Shown in pieces: positions 29,927 to 41,026 of a stretch of DNA of 64,000 nucleotides. This DNA comes from an uncultured delta proteobacterium (lineage in GTDB: Bacteria; Desulfobacterota; RBG-13-43-22): the NCBI GenBank assembly GCA_963711835.1, contig CAVQFQ010000017.1, positions 640,001 to 704,000 of the forward strand, read 5' to 3'. The notes under the pieces were generated by a model. That model was not told the DNA's origin and searched no databases. It saw nothing but the letters and a program-made list of their open reading frames with translations. How positions within the stretch are numbered: the stretch's first letter is position 1; every line of letters begins with the position of its first letter. Made by a program: the position numbers and the translations under genes.

Positions 29927-31513
29927 ATGCAAGTGACCTGTTTAGGGGCTGCCCGGACGGTAACCGGGTCCTGTTTTTTAATTGAAAACGAAAGCCTCCG
30001 CTTTTTGGTTGATTGCGGGATGTTTCAGGGCGGCAAAGAAATCGAAAAAAGAAATCACTCTTTAGGACGCTACCGGCCCCAGGAACTGAAATATATCCTT
30101 TTGACCCATGCCCATATCGATCACTCCGGTCTCATCCCCAAGGCGGTCAAGGAGGGCTTTAGAGGCAAGATCCTCTGCACCCAGGCCACCTTTGAGCTCT
30201 GCCGCATCATGCTGCTCGACAGCGCCCATATCCAGGAAAACGAGGCCGAATGGCAGAGCCGGAAGAACGTCCGTTCCGGGCAGAAGCCGGTCGAACCGTT
30301 ATATACCAGGGAGGATGCCGAGCGGAGTCTGACCTTGTTTCAGCCCGTGGATCAGGGGGATTGCGTCAATCTGAGCCCGGATATCCGGGTCTGTTTTCGC
30401 AACGCCGGCCATATCCTCGGTTCGGCCTTCCTGGAGATTATTTTTCAGGAAAAGGGCTTGGCCGGCAAATGTGTTTTTTCGGGTGATATCGGACGCCAGG
30501 AGGCCATGATCGTTCCTGATCCGGATATCATCGAGGAAGCCGATTTTTTGTTCGTGGAATCCACCTATGGGGATCGGCAGCACAAGTCATTGGAAGAAAG
30601 CAAAGCCGAATTGCTGGCCGCCATTCAGGAGGGGATCAAGTACGGCGAAAAGATTATCATCCCGGCCTTTGCCGTTGAACGGACTCAGGAAGTCTTATAC
30701 GTCATAAATGAATTTCAGCATCAGGGTCTGATTCCTTCTCTTCCGGTCTTCGTGGACAGCCCTTTGGCCATATCGGCCACGGAGATTTTCAGAAAGTTCC
30801 CGGAATACCTGGACGGCGAAACCTCCCGGCTTACCGCCCAGGGAATCAACCCCCTGGATCTCCCCAATTTGATTTTTTCCCGGACCGCCGAAGAGTCGAT
30901 GGCCATCAACCGCCAGGAAGGGTCGGCGATCATCATAGCCGCCAGCGGCATGTGTGATGCCGGAAGGATCAAACACCATCTCAAGCACAACCTCTGGAGG
31001 CCGGGAGCTCAGATCGTCATCATCGGCTTCCAGGCCCAAGGGACCTTAGGCCGCTCCATCGTCGATGGGGCCAGGAAAGTGCGGCTCTTCCGGGAGGAAG
31101 TGGCTGTGCGGGCCAAGGTGCATACCATCGGCGGTTTTTCGGCCCATGCCGATCAAAAGGAATTGCTAACCTGGATCGGCCACTTTAAGAATCCGAAACT
31201 CAAGGTCTTTGTCATCCACGGGGAAGAAACGGCCAGCCTGGCCCTGGCCCAGACCCTTCAAAAAGCCTTCCCCTTCCAGGTGGCTGTGCCCCGCTGGCTG
31301 GAAACCATCGCTTTGACTCCTCCGGCCGTAAGACCGGCAGAGCTGACCTCGGAAGCCGAAGATATCCCGGCCCTCTTGGCTACCTTGGAAGAACGCCTGC
31401 ATTCCTTCAAGGGCTATCTGGCAGGGATCACCGGTCTCAAAAAAGGAAAATTCCCGGAGATCAGGAACCTCCTGAAGAAGACCGACAAGGCATTTGAAGG
31501 AATGATGAAGTGA
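29927..31513 (+). CDS. MBL-fold beta-CASP ribonuclease
   Basis: VTGS, LTHAHIDHSG, ESTYG, PAFAVERTQE, FSAHAD. Confidence 0.93.
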   Translation: MQVTCLGAARTVTGSCFLIENESLRFLVDCGMFQGGKEIEKRNHSLGRYRPQELKYILLTHAHIDHSGLIPKAVKEGFRGKILCTQATFELCRIMLLDSAHIQENEAEWQSRKNVRSGQKPVEPLYTREDAERSLTLFQPVDQGDCVNLSPDIRVCFRNAGHILGSAFLEIIFQEKGLAGKCVFSGDIGRQEAMIVPDPDIIEEADFLFVESTYGDRQHKSLEESKAELLAAIQEGIKYGEKIIIPAFAVERTQEVLYVINEFQHQGLIPSLPVFVDSPLAISATEIFRKFPEYLDGETSRLTAQGINPLDLPNLIFSRTAEESMAINRQEGSAIIIAASGMCDAGRIKHHLKHNLWRPGAQIVIIGFQAQGTLGRSIVDGARKVRLFREEVAVRAKVHTIGGFSAHADQKELLTWIGHFKNPKLKVFVIHGEETASLALAQTLQKAFPFQVAVPRWLETIALTPPAVRPAELTSEAEDIPALLATLEERLHSFKGYLAGITGLKKGKFPEIRNLLKKTDKAFEGMMK

Positions 31514-31632
31514 GATAACCATCGAGCCCCTCCTTGAGGCTTTAAGAACGCATTGAAGCCGTGATAAAACCTCCGCTGCGGCCTTTAAGAGTCAGGCGTC
31601 ATTAATTCACCTTAAATATTAAATCACCGCAA

Positions 31633-31850
31633 AGGGTTTCAGGGGTCTTGATTTCAAGGTTGTCCGAAAGGTAATCCATAGCCCCAACCCGGCCCGAATT
31701 TCTAAGTGGGTTGGGAGCCGGGCATTCACCCAAGCCGATAAATCGCTTTGGTGTTGGCCTGTTTCTAAACCCACTTATAGACTTCCTGCCCGGGTTCAGG
31801 CTGCCGGCGTTTTGGCGGACAATCCTTGAAATCAAGACCCCTGAAACCCT
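31633..31850. repeat. Long-hairpin repeat family, copy 4
   Basis: Arms AGGGTTTCAGGGGTCTTGATTTCAAGG / CCTTGAAATCAAGACCCCTGAAACCCT (perfect 27 bp); inner TAAGTGGGTT/AACCCACTTA. Confidence 0.93.
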
Positions 31851-31905
31851 CTACGAATGGAGTGCTTAAAAATCAAGTAACTTTGGGACAAACTCTAATT
31901 TTATA

Positions 31906-34414
31906 ATGGAAATCACCTTGCCATCCAGACACCCTTTGGAAAAATTTCTTTTGCAGGTCCGCCGTCCCAGCCGCTATCTGGGCCGGGAACTTTTTTCAGT
32001 GACCAAGGATCCCGATTCGGTCCGGCTGCATTTTGCCCTGGCCTTTCCTGACCTATATGAAATCGGCATGTCCTATCTGGGCACCAAGATCCTTTACCAT
32101 ATCCTTAACCTGCGGCCGGAGGTCTGGGCCGAACGGGTCTTTGCCCCGGCCCCGGACATGGCCCAGGTGATGAAAGACCAGGCCATCCCGTCTGCCTTCC
32201 CTGGAATCAGGTTTGGCCCTCAATCGGTTCGACATTGTCGGTTTCAGCCTGCCTTATGAATTGGATTACACCAATGTGCTCTCGATGCTTTCTCTGGGAG
32301 GCATCCCACTCTGGGCCCGGGAACGAACCGATGGGCATCCCCTGATCATAGCCGGAGGCCCCTGCGCCTTCAATCCTGAGCCGATGGCCGGTTTTTTCGA
32401 CGCCGTCATCCCGGGTGACGGCGAAGAGGTGGTCCAGGAAATCTGTGACACCTGGTTAAAATGGAAAGAACGCTCGGGCCCCAAAATGGAGCTGCTCCAA
32501 TCCCTGGCCCGACTGGCCGGGGTCTATGTCCCGAGAATCCATTCCGAGGGAGCAAGTAGCCCCCATACCCGGCCGAAAATAACCCGGCGGATCATAGCGG
32601 ATATCAATCGGGCCGAATATCCGACCCTTTCTCCCTTGCCTTTCCAACAGGTGATCCATAACCGCCTTAGTGTGGAAATTACCCGGGGCTGCACCCGGGG
32701 CTGCCGTTTTTGCCAGGCCGGCATCATCTATCGGCCGGTTCGGGAAAGGGCCCCGGAGGCTGTTTTCCAAATTCTTGAAGAAGGCTTATCGCAAACCGGG
32801 TATGAAGAAGCCACCCTGCTTTCTCTGAGCAGCGGCGATTATACCTGCCTGAACCGATTGCTGCCCGCTCTGATGGAACGCTGGGAGGATCGAAAGGTGG
32901 CCTTTTCCCTGCCCTCCCTGCGGGTGGACACCCTGGGCCCGGAGGTCATGGAGCAGATCCTGCGGGTCCGGAAAACCGGTTTTACCATCGCCCCCGAAGC
33001 CGGGACCCAGCGCCTGCGGGATGTGATCAACAAAAATATTACCGAGGCGGAAATCCTGCAAACCGTGGAAACGGTGGCTTCCTTGGGCTGGCGGGTCCTG
33101 AAATTGTACTTTATGATCGGCCTGCCCACCGAGACCCGGGAAGATCTGGAGGGGCTTATCCATCTGGTAAAAAAAATCGAAAAAAGGGCCCGGAAGAAAA
33201 CCCCTAAATTTGAGATCCATGTCGGCTTGTCCACCTTCATTCCCAAGCCGCACACCCCTTTCCAATGGGCTTCTCAACTATCCATAGCCGAAAGCCTGGA
33301 CCGGCAGAGCTTCATCCGTTCTTCCCTGAGGAGCCGAAATATCCAGGTCAAATGGAATGATCCTTATCAGGGTTTTCTGGAAGGGGTCCTTTCCCGGGGC
33401 GATCAACGCATAGGGAAGGTCATTTTCCGGGCCTTTGAGAAAGGCTGCCGCTTCGACGCCTGGGGGGATTATTTCTCCTGGGACCTATGGCAGCGGTCTT
33501 TTGAAGAAGAAGGTCTGGATCCGGGCGACTATCTTCAGGCCGCCGGCCTGGACCGAACCTTTCCCTGGGATTATATTCAGACCGGCGTGGATCGAAGTTA
33601 TCTCTGGGAGGAATATCAACGGGGGTTGAAGGGGGAATTAACGGCCGATTGCCGGGATGGAGCCTGCAACCAATGCGGTCTCTGCCCCGAACTGGGGGCG
33701 GCCCCGGTAACGCATAAAGAATTCTCCAGGCCCCCCCAGCGTTCAGGAATTTTTTATCCGGAGGCCTCTTCAAAAAAGTTCCGCCTTCTGATGACCAAGA
33801 CCGGCCCAGCCCGCTTCCTAAGCCACCTGGAATGGAAAGAGGCGATCATCCGGGCCCTGCGCCGGGCCGGCCTGGCCTTGGCCTTCTCGCAGGGTTTTCA
33901 TCCCATGCCCCGGATTTCTTTCGGCCCGGCCCTGCCTTTGGGATTAAGCAGCCAGGGAGAATGGATGGATATGCAGTGCCTGGGGTGGTTAGGGGTGGAT
34001 GAGGTCAGGAAAAGATTGTCTTCGCCCCTGTTCCCGGGGACCGAGGTTTTAGAGGTTTCCGAGGTGGCCTTAAACCAATCCCTGCCCCTGAGACAGAACC
34101 CGCATTATCAGGTACTGATAGCAGCCTCAGACCTGGATCAGGAAAAGATCCCTGCGTTTTTGGCCTCGACTCAGTGGCCTGTGGAACGGCCCGGCAGGAA
34201 ACCGGAACGGATTGATCTCCGGCCTCTAATTAAAAAGATTTTCGTCCTTTCCCCGGCCGACGACCTGGTAACGGTCACCTGGGTCCTGGAAAATGACCCG
34301 GAAGGGAAGATCCGCCCTGAATTGATTTTGAAAAATGTCCTTCAGCTCCCGGATTTCCTTATTGCGCAGTTGGTGGTCACCAAGCTGTTGCCGTCTGCCG
34401 GTTCGGACGAATGA
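31906..34414 (+). CDS. B12-binding radical SAM protein (TIGR03960-like) with fused C-terminal radical-SAM-linked domain; frameshift near 32191
   Basis: FPDLYEIGMS, RGCTRGCRFCQAG, APEAGTQRLR, FLSHL..SQGFHPMPR; one extra T after ATCCCG. Confidence 0.88.
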
Positions 34415-34472
34415 TCCTTCGAAAAAAACCTTTCCCCCGGTTAGGCCGGTACAGGGGGGAAAAGGTCTGCTT

Positions 34473-35616
34473 TCAGCTCTTCTCGGGCTTCTCGCCGATC
34501 CGGTCTAAAAACCCTTTCCGGCGCTCGCTTTCCCACTGGGAGCAGAAGGCCGGTTTTCCGCCGATGACCCGTTTCAGGCACAGGGAGCAGGCAGACTCGC
34601 AGGAAACAATCTCTTCCTTCAGGAGACCCTGGGCCTTTTTCGGCCAAAGGGGATCGGCCAGAAGCACCCGAGCCAGGCCGATCAGGTCGGCTGATCCGGC
34701 GGCCAGGAGGCCTTCGGCGGTTTCCGGGGACTGAATCCTGCCGGCCGTGATTATCGGTGTTTTGGGAACCGCCTTTTTTATGGCAGCGGCAAAATGGGCC
34801 ATGTAACCTTCCTTCTTTTCCTCCTTTAAATAGTCGGGCAGAAACAAGAGAGTCATAGGTGCCGGCCATAACGGAAAGATAGGCCACCCCCCGTTTCTCC
34901 AGTTCACGGGCATACACCGCGGTCTCCTCCAGATGCAGTCCGTCCGGCAGCCATTCATCGGCCAGAAAGCGGTAGCCTACCGGATAATCCGATCCCACAG
35001 CCTCCATGACCGCCTCGACCACCTGGAGGGGGAAACGCATCCTGTTTTCAAGGCTGCCGCCATAGGCGTCGGTTCGTTGGTTGGTTCGGGAAGAAAGAAA
35101 CTGGACCAGCAGATAACCCATCCCGCCATGAATTTCCACCCCGTCGAAGCCGGCTTCCTTGACCCTCCGGGCGGCGGCGGCATAGGCCTGAACGACCCGA
35201 TCGATATCGGCCCGGTCCATTTCCTTGGGAACAACCCCATAGGTTTCCATAGGGGAAGGGGCGATCTTTTCCTTTAACGTAGGCATAACGCTACCGGCAT
35301 GGTTGATCTGGAGAAAGGCCAGGGCGCCTTGCTGGTGGATGGTTTTGGCCAGACCGGTCAGGCCAAAGAGAAACCGCTCCTCATCAATCCGCATGGTAAA
35401 GGGTGACCCGATTCCATTTGGCTCAATGCCCACGTTCTCCACTACGATCATGGCCGCCCCGGAAGCGGCCATCTCCTGGTAATGATCCAGGATCAAAGCA
35501 TTGGTCGTCCCGTCCGGGTTGGCATAACCCAGAAACAACGGGGCCATGGTAATCCGGTTTTTCAGATTCAGCCCCTTCATTTGAAAAGGCGTAAAAAGCC
35601 GCGGCAATTTGGCCAT
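34473..35616 (-). CDS. NADH:flavin oxidoreductase (Old Yellow Enzyme family); frameshift near 34850
   Basis: LKNRITMAP, QINHAG, GFDGVEIHGG.GYL, RTDAYGGSLENR, then AGRI..ADLIGLARVLLADP in the shifted frame. Confidence 0.88.
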
Positions 35617-35847
35617 GAGATCCTCCTTAGATAACAATCGGTGGCATATTTTTTAGTTTAATTTAGGTTGATTTCCTTAAATTTAAATCCGATTTTTCGT
35701 CAGGTCAATAGGGATAAGGAATTAGGCTGGAGTATTCCAGGATGACCGCCTCTCAGAAAGGGTGCGTTACGACCCCGAGGACTTAGTGGGTTATCTCTTC
35801 TATGCATCAATCAGGGCATAGGCATTGCGAATCACAATGGCCCGCCC

Positions 35848-35886
35848 AAAAAGCCCTGTGGGATTGAAACCCGGAGGGCTTTTTTT
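35848..35886. terminator. Probable bidirectional terminator
   Basis: AAAAAGCCCT...AGGGCTTTTTTT hairpin. Confidence 0.65.
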
Positions 35887-36008
35887 ATCTTGGGGGTGGT
35901 CAGGGTATTGCAAGTTAAAGGAAATAATATTTCTTTAAAGAGTTAGACTCAAAACGGGTGGGGGGTGGCCATGTTTTCGCCGGCCCATGGCACCTGTTCG
36001 GTGAACTT

Positions 36009-36845
36009 TCAGAGCGAAATAACGGCATAAGCATTGCGAATGACAATGGCCCGCTCGGTCCGGACCTGGATGAGGTATCGTCCTTCCTGGGTCGGCCAGC
36101 CTTCGGTAGTCAGGGTCTCGCCCGGGTAAACCACATCGGAGAAACGGGCCTTGAACTCCTTGAAGCGGGTCACCTCCCCGCCGCAAAGTCCGTTGACGAT
36201 GGCTCGGGTGGCATAGCCGTAGGTGCAGAGACCGTGCAGGATGGGTTTTTGGAAGCCTCCCTGTTTGGCATACTCCGGGTCCAGATGCAGTGGATTCAGG
36301 TCTCCGCTGAGCCGGTAGAGGGCCGCCTGGTTCTCGGGAACTTTATAGGAGACACGGAAACTGGGCTCAACCCCATCGGGAGGGTTTAAAGGCTCTGTTT
36401 TAGGGCCTGGGTCCCCTCCGAAGCCCCCGCCTCCCAGGTGAAAGGCAATGTGTTCACTATCGAAGAGAAGCCGGCCGTCTTCCGTATGGCCTTGCGATTC
36501 AAAACGGATGACCGCGGCCTTGCCCTTGTCGAAGACCTCGGCCACCCGGCCGGTCGCAACGATCTTTCCCTGAGGGGGAAGGGGCTGATGAAGGCGGATC
36601 CTCTGCTCTCCGTGCAGAAACCGGGAGCCTTCAATCTGTTTAACGAAATCCAGGATCAGGCCGCCGGCGGCGACCGCCGCGAAGCTGGGGAAGACCCTTA
36701 GCCCTCCCGGGGTGTTCTCGTAAAGGAAGGGAAGCTCATCAACCTGGGCGCCGATGCCCAAGGCATACAGAGCCGCATCTTTCCAGGTATAAGAAAAAAC
36801 ATGCCTCCTCCATTCCCTCCCTACCGTTTTCCAGTTAAATTCCAT
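36009..36845 (-). CDS. MaoC-type (double hot-dog) enoyl-CoA hydratase/dehydratase
   Basis: LYALGIG, LHGEQ, YRLSGDLNPLH, PILHGLCTYG. Confidence 0.92.
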   Translation of the reverse strand: MEFNWKTVGREWRRHVFSYTWKDAALYALGIGAQVDELPFLYENTPGGLRVFPSFAAVAAGGLILDFVKQIEGSRFLHGEQRIRLHQPLPPQGKIVATGRVAEVFDKGKAAVIRFESQGHTEDGRLLFDSEHIAFHLGGGGFGGDPGPKTEPLNPPDGVEPSFRVSYKVPENQAALYRLSGDLNPLHLDPEYAKQGGFQKPILHGLCTYGYATRAIVNGLCGGEVTRFKEFKARFSDVVYPGETLTTEGWPTQEGRYLIQVRTERAIVIRNAYAVISL

Positions 36846-36898
36846 CGGCTTCAACTCCTCTCTAAGAAAAAGAAAAGGGGGGTTTGCTGCCTCACCCG

Positions 36899-37898
36899 TC
36901 AACAGACCTGCGCCTTCATCAGACGGCCGGCCCCGCTGATCGAAAGGCCATCCGACCGATCCTTGAAGTAACGCCGGTTGGCTTCCTGCGGACCGACATC
37001 CTCAACCAGCCCGAATCCCATTTGCCGGAGCTCGGCGGCGAAGGAAGAAGGATCGAAGTAGGTGATCCACGGTTCTCCGAGCGCTGCGGCCCGATTGGCG
37101 ACCATTTCGTGGGCGGATCGCGGGCTTTCCGGAAGCAGGGAGGGCGGAGCACAGTAGTCGAAGACGATTTCGCTGCCGGAAGGCAGCGAGGCGACGAATT
37201 TGAGTGTTCCCAACACGGCCGATTTCGTCAGATACATAACGACCCCGAGCATCGAGAAGAAGGCGGGCTCTTCCTTATTGAAACCGGCGCTTCCTAATCC
37301 TTCGCCCAGGGTTTGTTTCTCAAAGTCGATGGGTGCATAGGCCACCGAATCCGGGATCGGCAATCTCGGCTTGGTGAAGCTGCCGGCGTTTCCAGGATTG
37401 GGTCGCCGGATGATCCACCTCATAGACGCGGAGACGAGACACGGGATAGGGGTTGCGATAGGGGAAGGTGTCCAGACCGGCGCCCAGGATCACGTATTGA
37501 CGGACTCCTCTCTGAACCGCCCGGGCCAGTTCATCCTCGGCATACCGGCTCCTGAGCACGATCAGTGCCCGCAGCGCCCGGCTGGCACCATACCGCTCAG
37601 GATAAGATCGCAGGGCCGACTCTCTTTCCGAACCCAGTATCCGTAAGGCAATCGGATCTTCGAGGACCCGGGGTTGGTCCAGAACTTGATGGGCAGCTCG
37701 GAGAAAGGCCGCCCCCAGCGCAGTGGCGCTTGGACGACCATCGTCCATCCGGCTTCCCCGGGCCTTGTCCCCAGGAACCTCCATAGAAGAAACTTGGCTG
37801 AAGGCCGGCTTCGGATAAACCAGTCCCGAAAAGAGCCCAGCCGCAAATACGGTTTGCAGAAAATCACGTCGAGAGATCCTAAATGGTTCCATAGGCAT
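36899..37898 (-). CDS. SAM-dependent methyltransferase (LCM/TIGR00027-like), frameshift near 37360, possible Tat signal
   Basis: PSATALGAA.LRAAH, QYVILGAGLDT, EVDHPATQ, LGVVMYL, GEPWITYF. Confidence 0.85.
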
Positions 37899-38018
37899 TT
37901 TGTCTATTTTATTCCCTATACCGAAAAAAGTTTCTTCCTTCTGTCATCCGGACCATAATACAATTTATAGTTCCGGGACCATCTAAGCGGGCTTTCCGAG
38001 CTATGGTGTGGTCTTACT

Positions 38019-39404
38019 CTATTTTGCTTTCTCAGTAAAGTTTTCTCTTCTGAAATAAAAATACATTAAAACCCCTGCACCGATTGTGACCAGGCCCCAA
38101 AGGGAGGTGAGGGGCCGGTTCTGTATTGAAAAGTAAGCTATCCACAGATTGCCGACAATGAAAATGATCGGCGTGACCGGATAGCCAAATGTCTGGTAAG
38201 GAGACTTCAGGGCATTTTGCTTAAGCCTGAGCATTAGTAAACCAAGGACGGTCAGCAGGGTAAAGATGGACAGTGTAAAACCGATATAAATCAGCAGTTT
38301 TTCAAAAGATGAGGTCAGGATAAATAGAATGGCAATCGTCGCCTGTAAGAATATAGAAAAAGCCGGCGTTTTGTATTTTTGATTGACCCGTCCGAAAAGC
38401 TCGAAAAAGACGCCATCTTTGGACATGGCGTAATAAACCCGTGGTCCGGTCAGGATCATCGCGCTGAGCGCCGATAAAATGCCTATGGCAATGGCGCCGC
38501 CGAAGTATTTCCCGATATGTTTCCCAAAGAGAGAAGAGGCCGACGTTGAGCCGATTTCCAGGACACCGCTCATCCGACCGACCGGAAGAGCATAAATGTA
38601 TACGGCATTGAGGAGCAGGTATAATATTATAACCAACACAGTGCCTGTGAACAGGGCGAAGGGAATATTCCTGGAGGGTTCTTTAATTTCACTGCCGAGA
38701 TAAGCCGCGGCATTCCAACCGCTATAAGCGAAAGAGATAAAAATGAGGGAGACCGCAAATTTACTTTGGAAAAGGGTCGCCAGCGGTAAGTCAGCGGAGA
38801 AATGAGATAAGGAGCCGGTCCCGAGAAGAAAACCGCCGGTAATGAAAAGAACAATGATCACTATTTTTAACGAGGTCAGTGTATTTTGAACCCGGCTACC
38901 TACCGTGATACTGTGATAATGAATTAACGAAAGGACGACGATGGAGGCGATGGCTACTAGAGTGACCGGGGAAACGGTCAAAATCGCGATGTCGGAAATC
39001 GTAAGGCTAAATTGGGGCTGGGCAGGAAGGGCAAGGAGGCTCTTGCTGTAGGTCGCAAAGGCAATAGCCGTTGCGGCAATGGGGGCGGAAAAACCTACCA
39101 ATAGAGAAATCCAGCCGGAAAGGAAGGCGACCAACTTACCAAAGCTCTCCCGCAAATAGACATATTCTCCCCCTGCTTCAGGGAAAGCGGCCCCCAGTTC
39201 TCCATAACAGAGTGCGCCGCAGAGGGCGAAAATTCCTCCAATCAACCAGCAGAGCAGCAAAACCATCGGATGCCCTACTTCTTGAATAATAAAGCCCGAG
39301 GTTGTGAAAATACCCGTCCCGATCATGTTGGCCACGACCAGAACTGTGGCAGTGAACAGGCCGATTTCTCGTTTGAGAGGCTGCTCATTCAGGTGATTTT
39401 TCAT
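38019..39404 (-). CDS. APC family amino acid permease
   Basis: NMIGTGIFTTSG, YGELGAAFPEAGGEY, FAYSGWN, GPRVYYAM. Confidence 0.93.
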   Translation of the reverse strand: MKNHLNEQPLKREIGLFTATVLVVANMIGTGIFTTSGFIIQEVGHPMVLLLCWLIGGIFALCGALCYGELGAAFPEAGGEYVYLRESFGKLVAFLSGWISLLVGFSAPIAATAIAFATYSKSLLALPAQPQFSLTISDIAILTVSPVTLVAIASIVVLSLIHYHSITVGSRVQNTLTSLKIVIIVLFITGGFLLGTGSLSHFSADLPLATLFQSKFAVSLIFISFAYSGWNAAAYLGSEIKEPSRNIPFALFTGTVLVIILYLLLNAVYIYALPVGRMSGVLEIGSTSASSLFGKHIGKYFGGAIAIGILSALSAMILTGPRVYYAMSKDGVFFELFGRVNQKYKTPAFSIFLQATIAILFILTSSFEKLLIYIGFTLSIFTLLTVLGLLMLRLKQNALKSPYQTFGYPVTPIIFIVGNLWIAYFSIQNRPLTSLWGLVTIGAGVLMYFYFRRENFTEKAK

Positions 39405-39563
39405 TATGAATTCTCTTCTCAGCAGGAATAGTTTCCCCGGGCGCCATGCGGAAGGGCAGCGCAAACGACTCCAAACTACGGACGCCGGCGACCGGGCACC
39501 GGGAGCGCCTTAATGGGGACCGAGAACGTTCAGGCAAGTTCGAGAAAAAAGAAGTACCCTATT

Positions 39564-39950
39564 CTACTTGGCCTGCAAACCCCGGCGTTGCTTTCCTTGG
39601 GTATGCAGTTGGTCAAGCCTGGACTGCTGTTCCGGCGTTAATCCGCCCTTCATCTTAACCACCCCTTGCGCGATAAGGATGTCGGCTTCAGGCCCATACC
39701 TTTTTCTTAGTTCCTTCAGGCCGGCCTGGGTTTCCTTAACGATGGCTTCAATCTCCCGCTGCTGCCCGGTATTCAGGCTCAATTCCCTGGTAAGCGTTTC
39801 CATAATCATTTTTCTGACGGCAGAGGGATAATCTCCCTGACGAAGGCTTTCGTAACGGTGCTTGTCATAGAGGCCGGTGATGGCAGCGCCGATCACCAGC
39901 CCGCCCAGGAAAATAAGAGACAAGGCACTGACTATCTTCCACTTCTTCAA
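39564..39950 (-). CDS. Exported helical protein (Spy/CpxP-like)
   Basis: N-terminal hydrophobic segment, ELSL..Q, LTPEQ motif; third gene of ECF module. Confidence 0.7.
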   Translation of the reverse strand: MKKWKIVSALSLIFLGGLVIGAAITGLYDKHRYESLRQGDYPSAVRKMIMETLTRELSLNTGQQREIEAIVKETQAGLKELRKRYGPEADILIAQGVVKMKGGLTPEQQSRLDQLHTQGKQRRGLQAK

Positions 39951-40288
39951 ACCCTACCTCCTTCCCCGGGGGCCGATCCAAACTGACCGGAGGTCAGTCC
40001 GGGCGGATCGCCGATAAGTAATTGGACCCAATTTTGCTCCGGGGTTAGGCCTAACCCCGCTGCCAACAGAGCCAGGATAATGGCCAGCAGGCAGGTGGCC
40101 GAAGCAAACCGCCAGACCAACCGGTCGGCAAAGAAGCTTTCTTGATAAGCCTTTTCAGTCTTAAGTCCTCTTATTTTCTTCATCACCTCGGCCGGCCAGC
40201 CGGGTATTATGCTATCCTGCCGTTTGCCCAGGTAGGCACTTCTCAATATTTCCCAGTGGGTTTCATCCAACCTCTTCCTCGATTTCAT
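39947..40288 (-). CDS. Putative membrane anti-sigma factor
   Basis: Abuts the ECF sigma gene; single TM segment. Confidence 0.65.
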   Translation of the reverse strand: MKSRKRLDETHWEILRSAYLGKRQDSIIPGWPAEVMKKIRGLKTEKAYQESFFADRLVWRFASATCLLAIILALLAAGLGLTPEQNWVQLLIGDPPGLTSGQFGSAPGEGGRV

Positions 40289-40888
40289 CTATCCCCCTTT
40301 TACCTTAAACAATCCTTCCAGGCGCCGGCGCAATTTGGCCTTGGCCCGAAAGGCCCGCACCTTGACCTTTATCGCCTTCCAGCCCAAGAGATGGGCCGCC
40401 TCTTTTACAGACAGCCCCTCGAGATAGACCAGATTAATCACCATCCTATCATCTGCCGAAAGCCCGTCCAGGGCCCAATCGAGCAGTTCCCTGGCTTCCT
40501 GCCGCGACTGGACCTGTTTAAATTCCTCATCAGCTCGATCCGAAAGCGCCCGATTGAACCAAGACACATGCTCATCGCTCAAAGCACTTACGGCCGTCTC
40601 TCGACTCCGGTATTCCTTTCTCCAGTAATCGGAACAGCATCTGACCGCAATCCCCGTCAGCCAAGAGCCGAATGGTTTTCTGCCTTCATAGCCCGGCAAG
40701 GCTATATAGGCCCGGACGAATATCTCCCCGGCCAGCTCGGAGGCCATCGCCCGCGGCACATGACCGCCAACGATCTTGAATACCAGGGCCTGGTATCTTT
40801 TGATCAGGATCTCGAAAACGTCTACCTGGCCTTCCAACACCTGCCGGATGATCTGGCTGTCGGTCAGGTCCTCAATTTGGTTGGGCAT
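40289..40888 (-). CDS. ECF RNA polymerase sigma factor
   Basis: FEILIKRY, FVRAY, FGSWL..IA, EGLSVKEAA..LG..VKVRAFRA. Confidence 0.93.
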   Translation of the reverse strand: MPNQIEDLTDSQIIRQVLEGQVDVFEILIKRYQALVFKIVGGHVPRAMASELAGEIFVRAYIALPGYEGRKPFGSWLTGIAVRCCSDYWRKEYRSRETAVSALSDEHVSWFNRALSDRADEEFKQVQSRQEARELLDWALDGLSADDRMVINLVYLEGLSVKEAAHLLGWKAIKVKVRAFRAKAKLRRRLEGLFKVKGG

Positions 40889-41026
40889 GCAGAATTCGAT
40901 TCATGTTTTCCGTACTCTCCGGCGCTACAACCTAAAGCGGGTCGTTGATTCTTGAATAATACCACGATTCCGTGATTCCGGGGTTCTCTAAGGTTCAGGT
41001 CTGCCCCTTACCTTCCCTGACTATAT

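Noticed and set aside
35853-35870. GTGGGATTGAAAC, resembling a CRISPR repeat end
   Set aside because: Single occurrence inside a terminator hairpin; no array and no cas genes.
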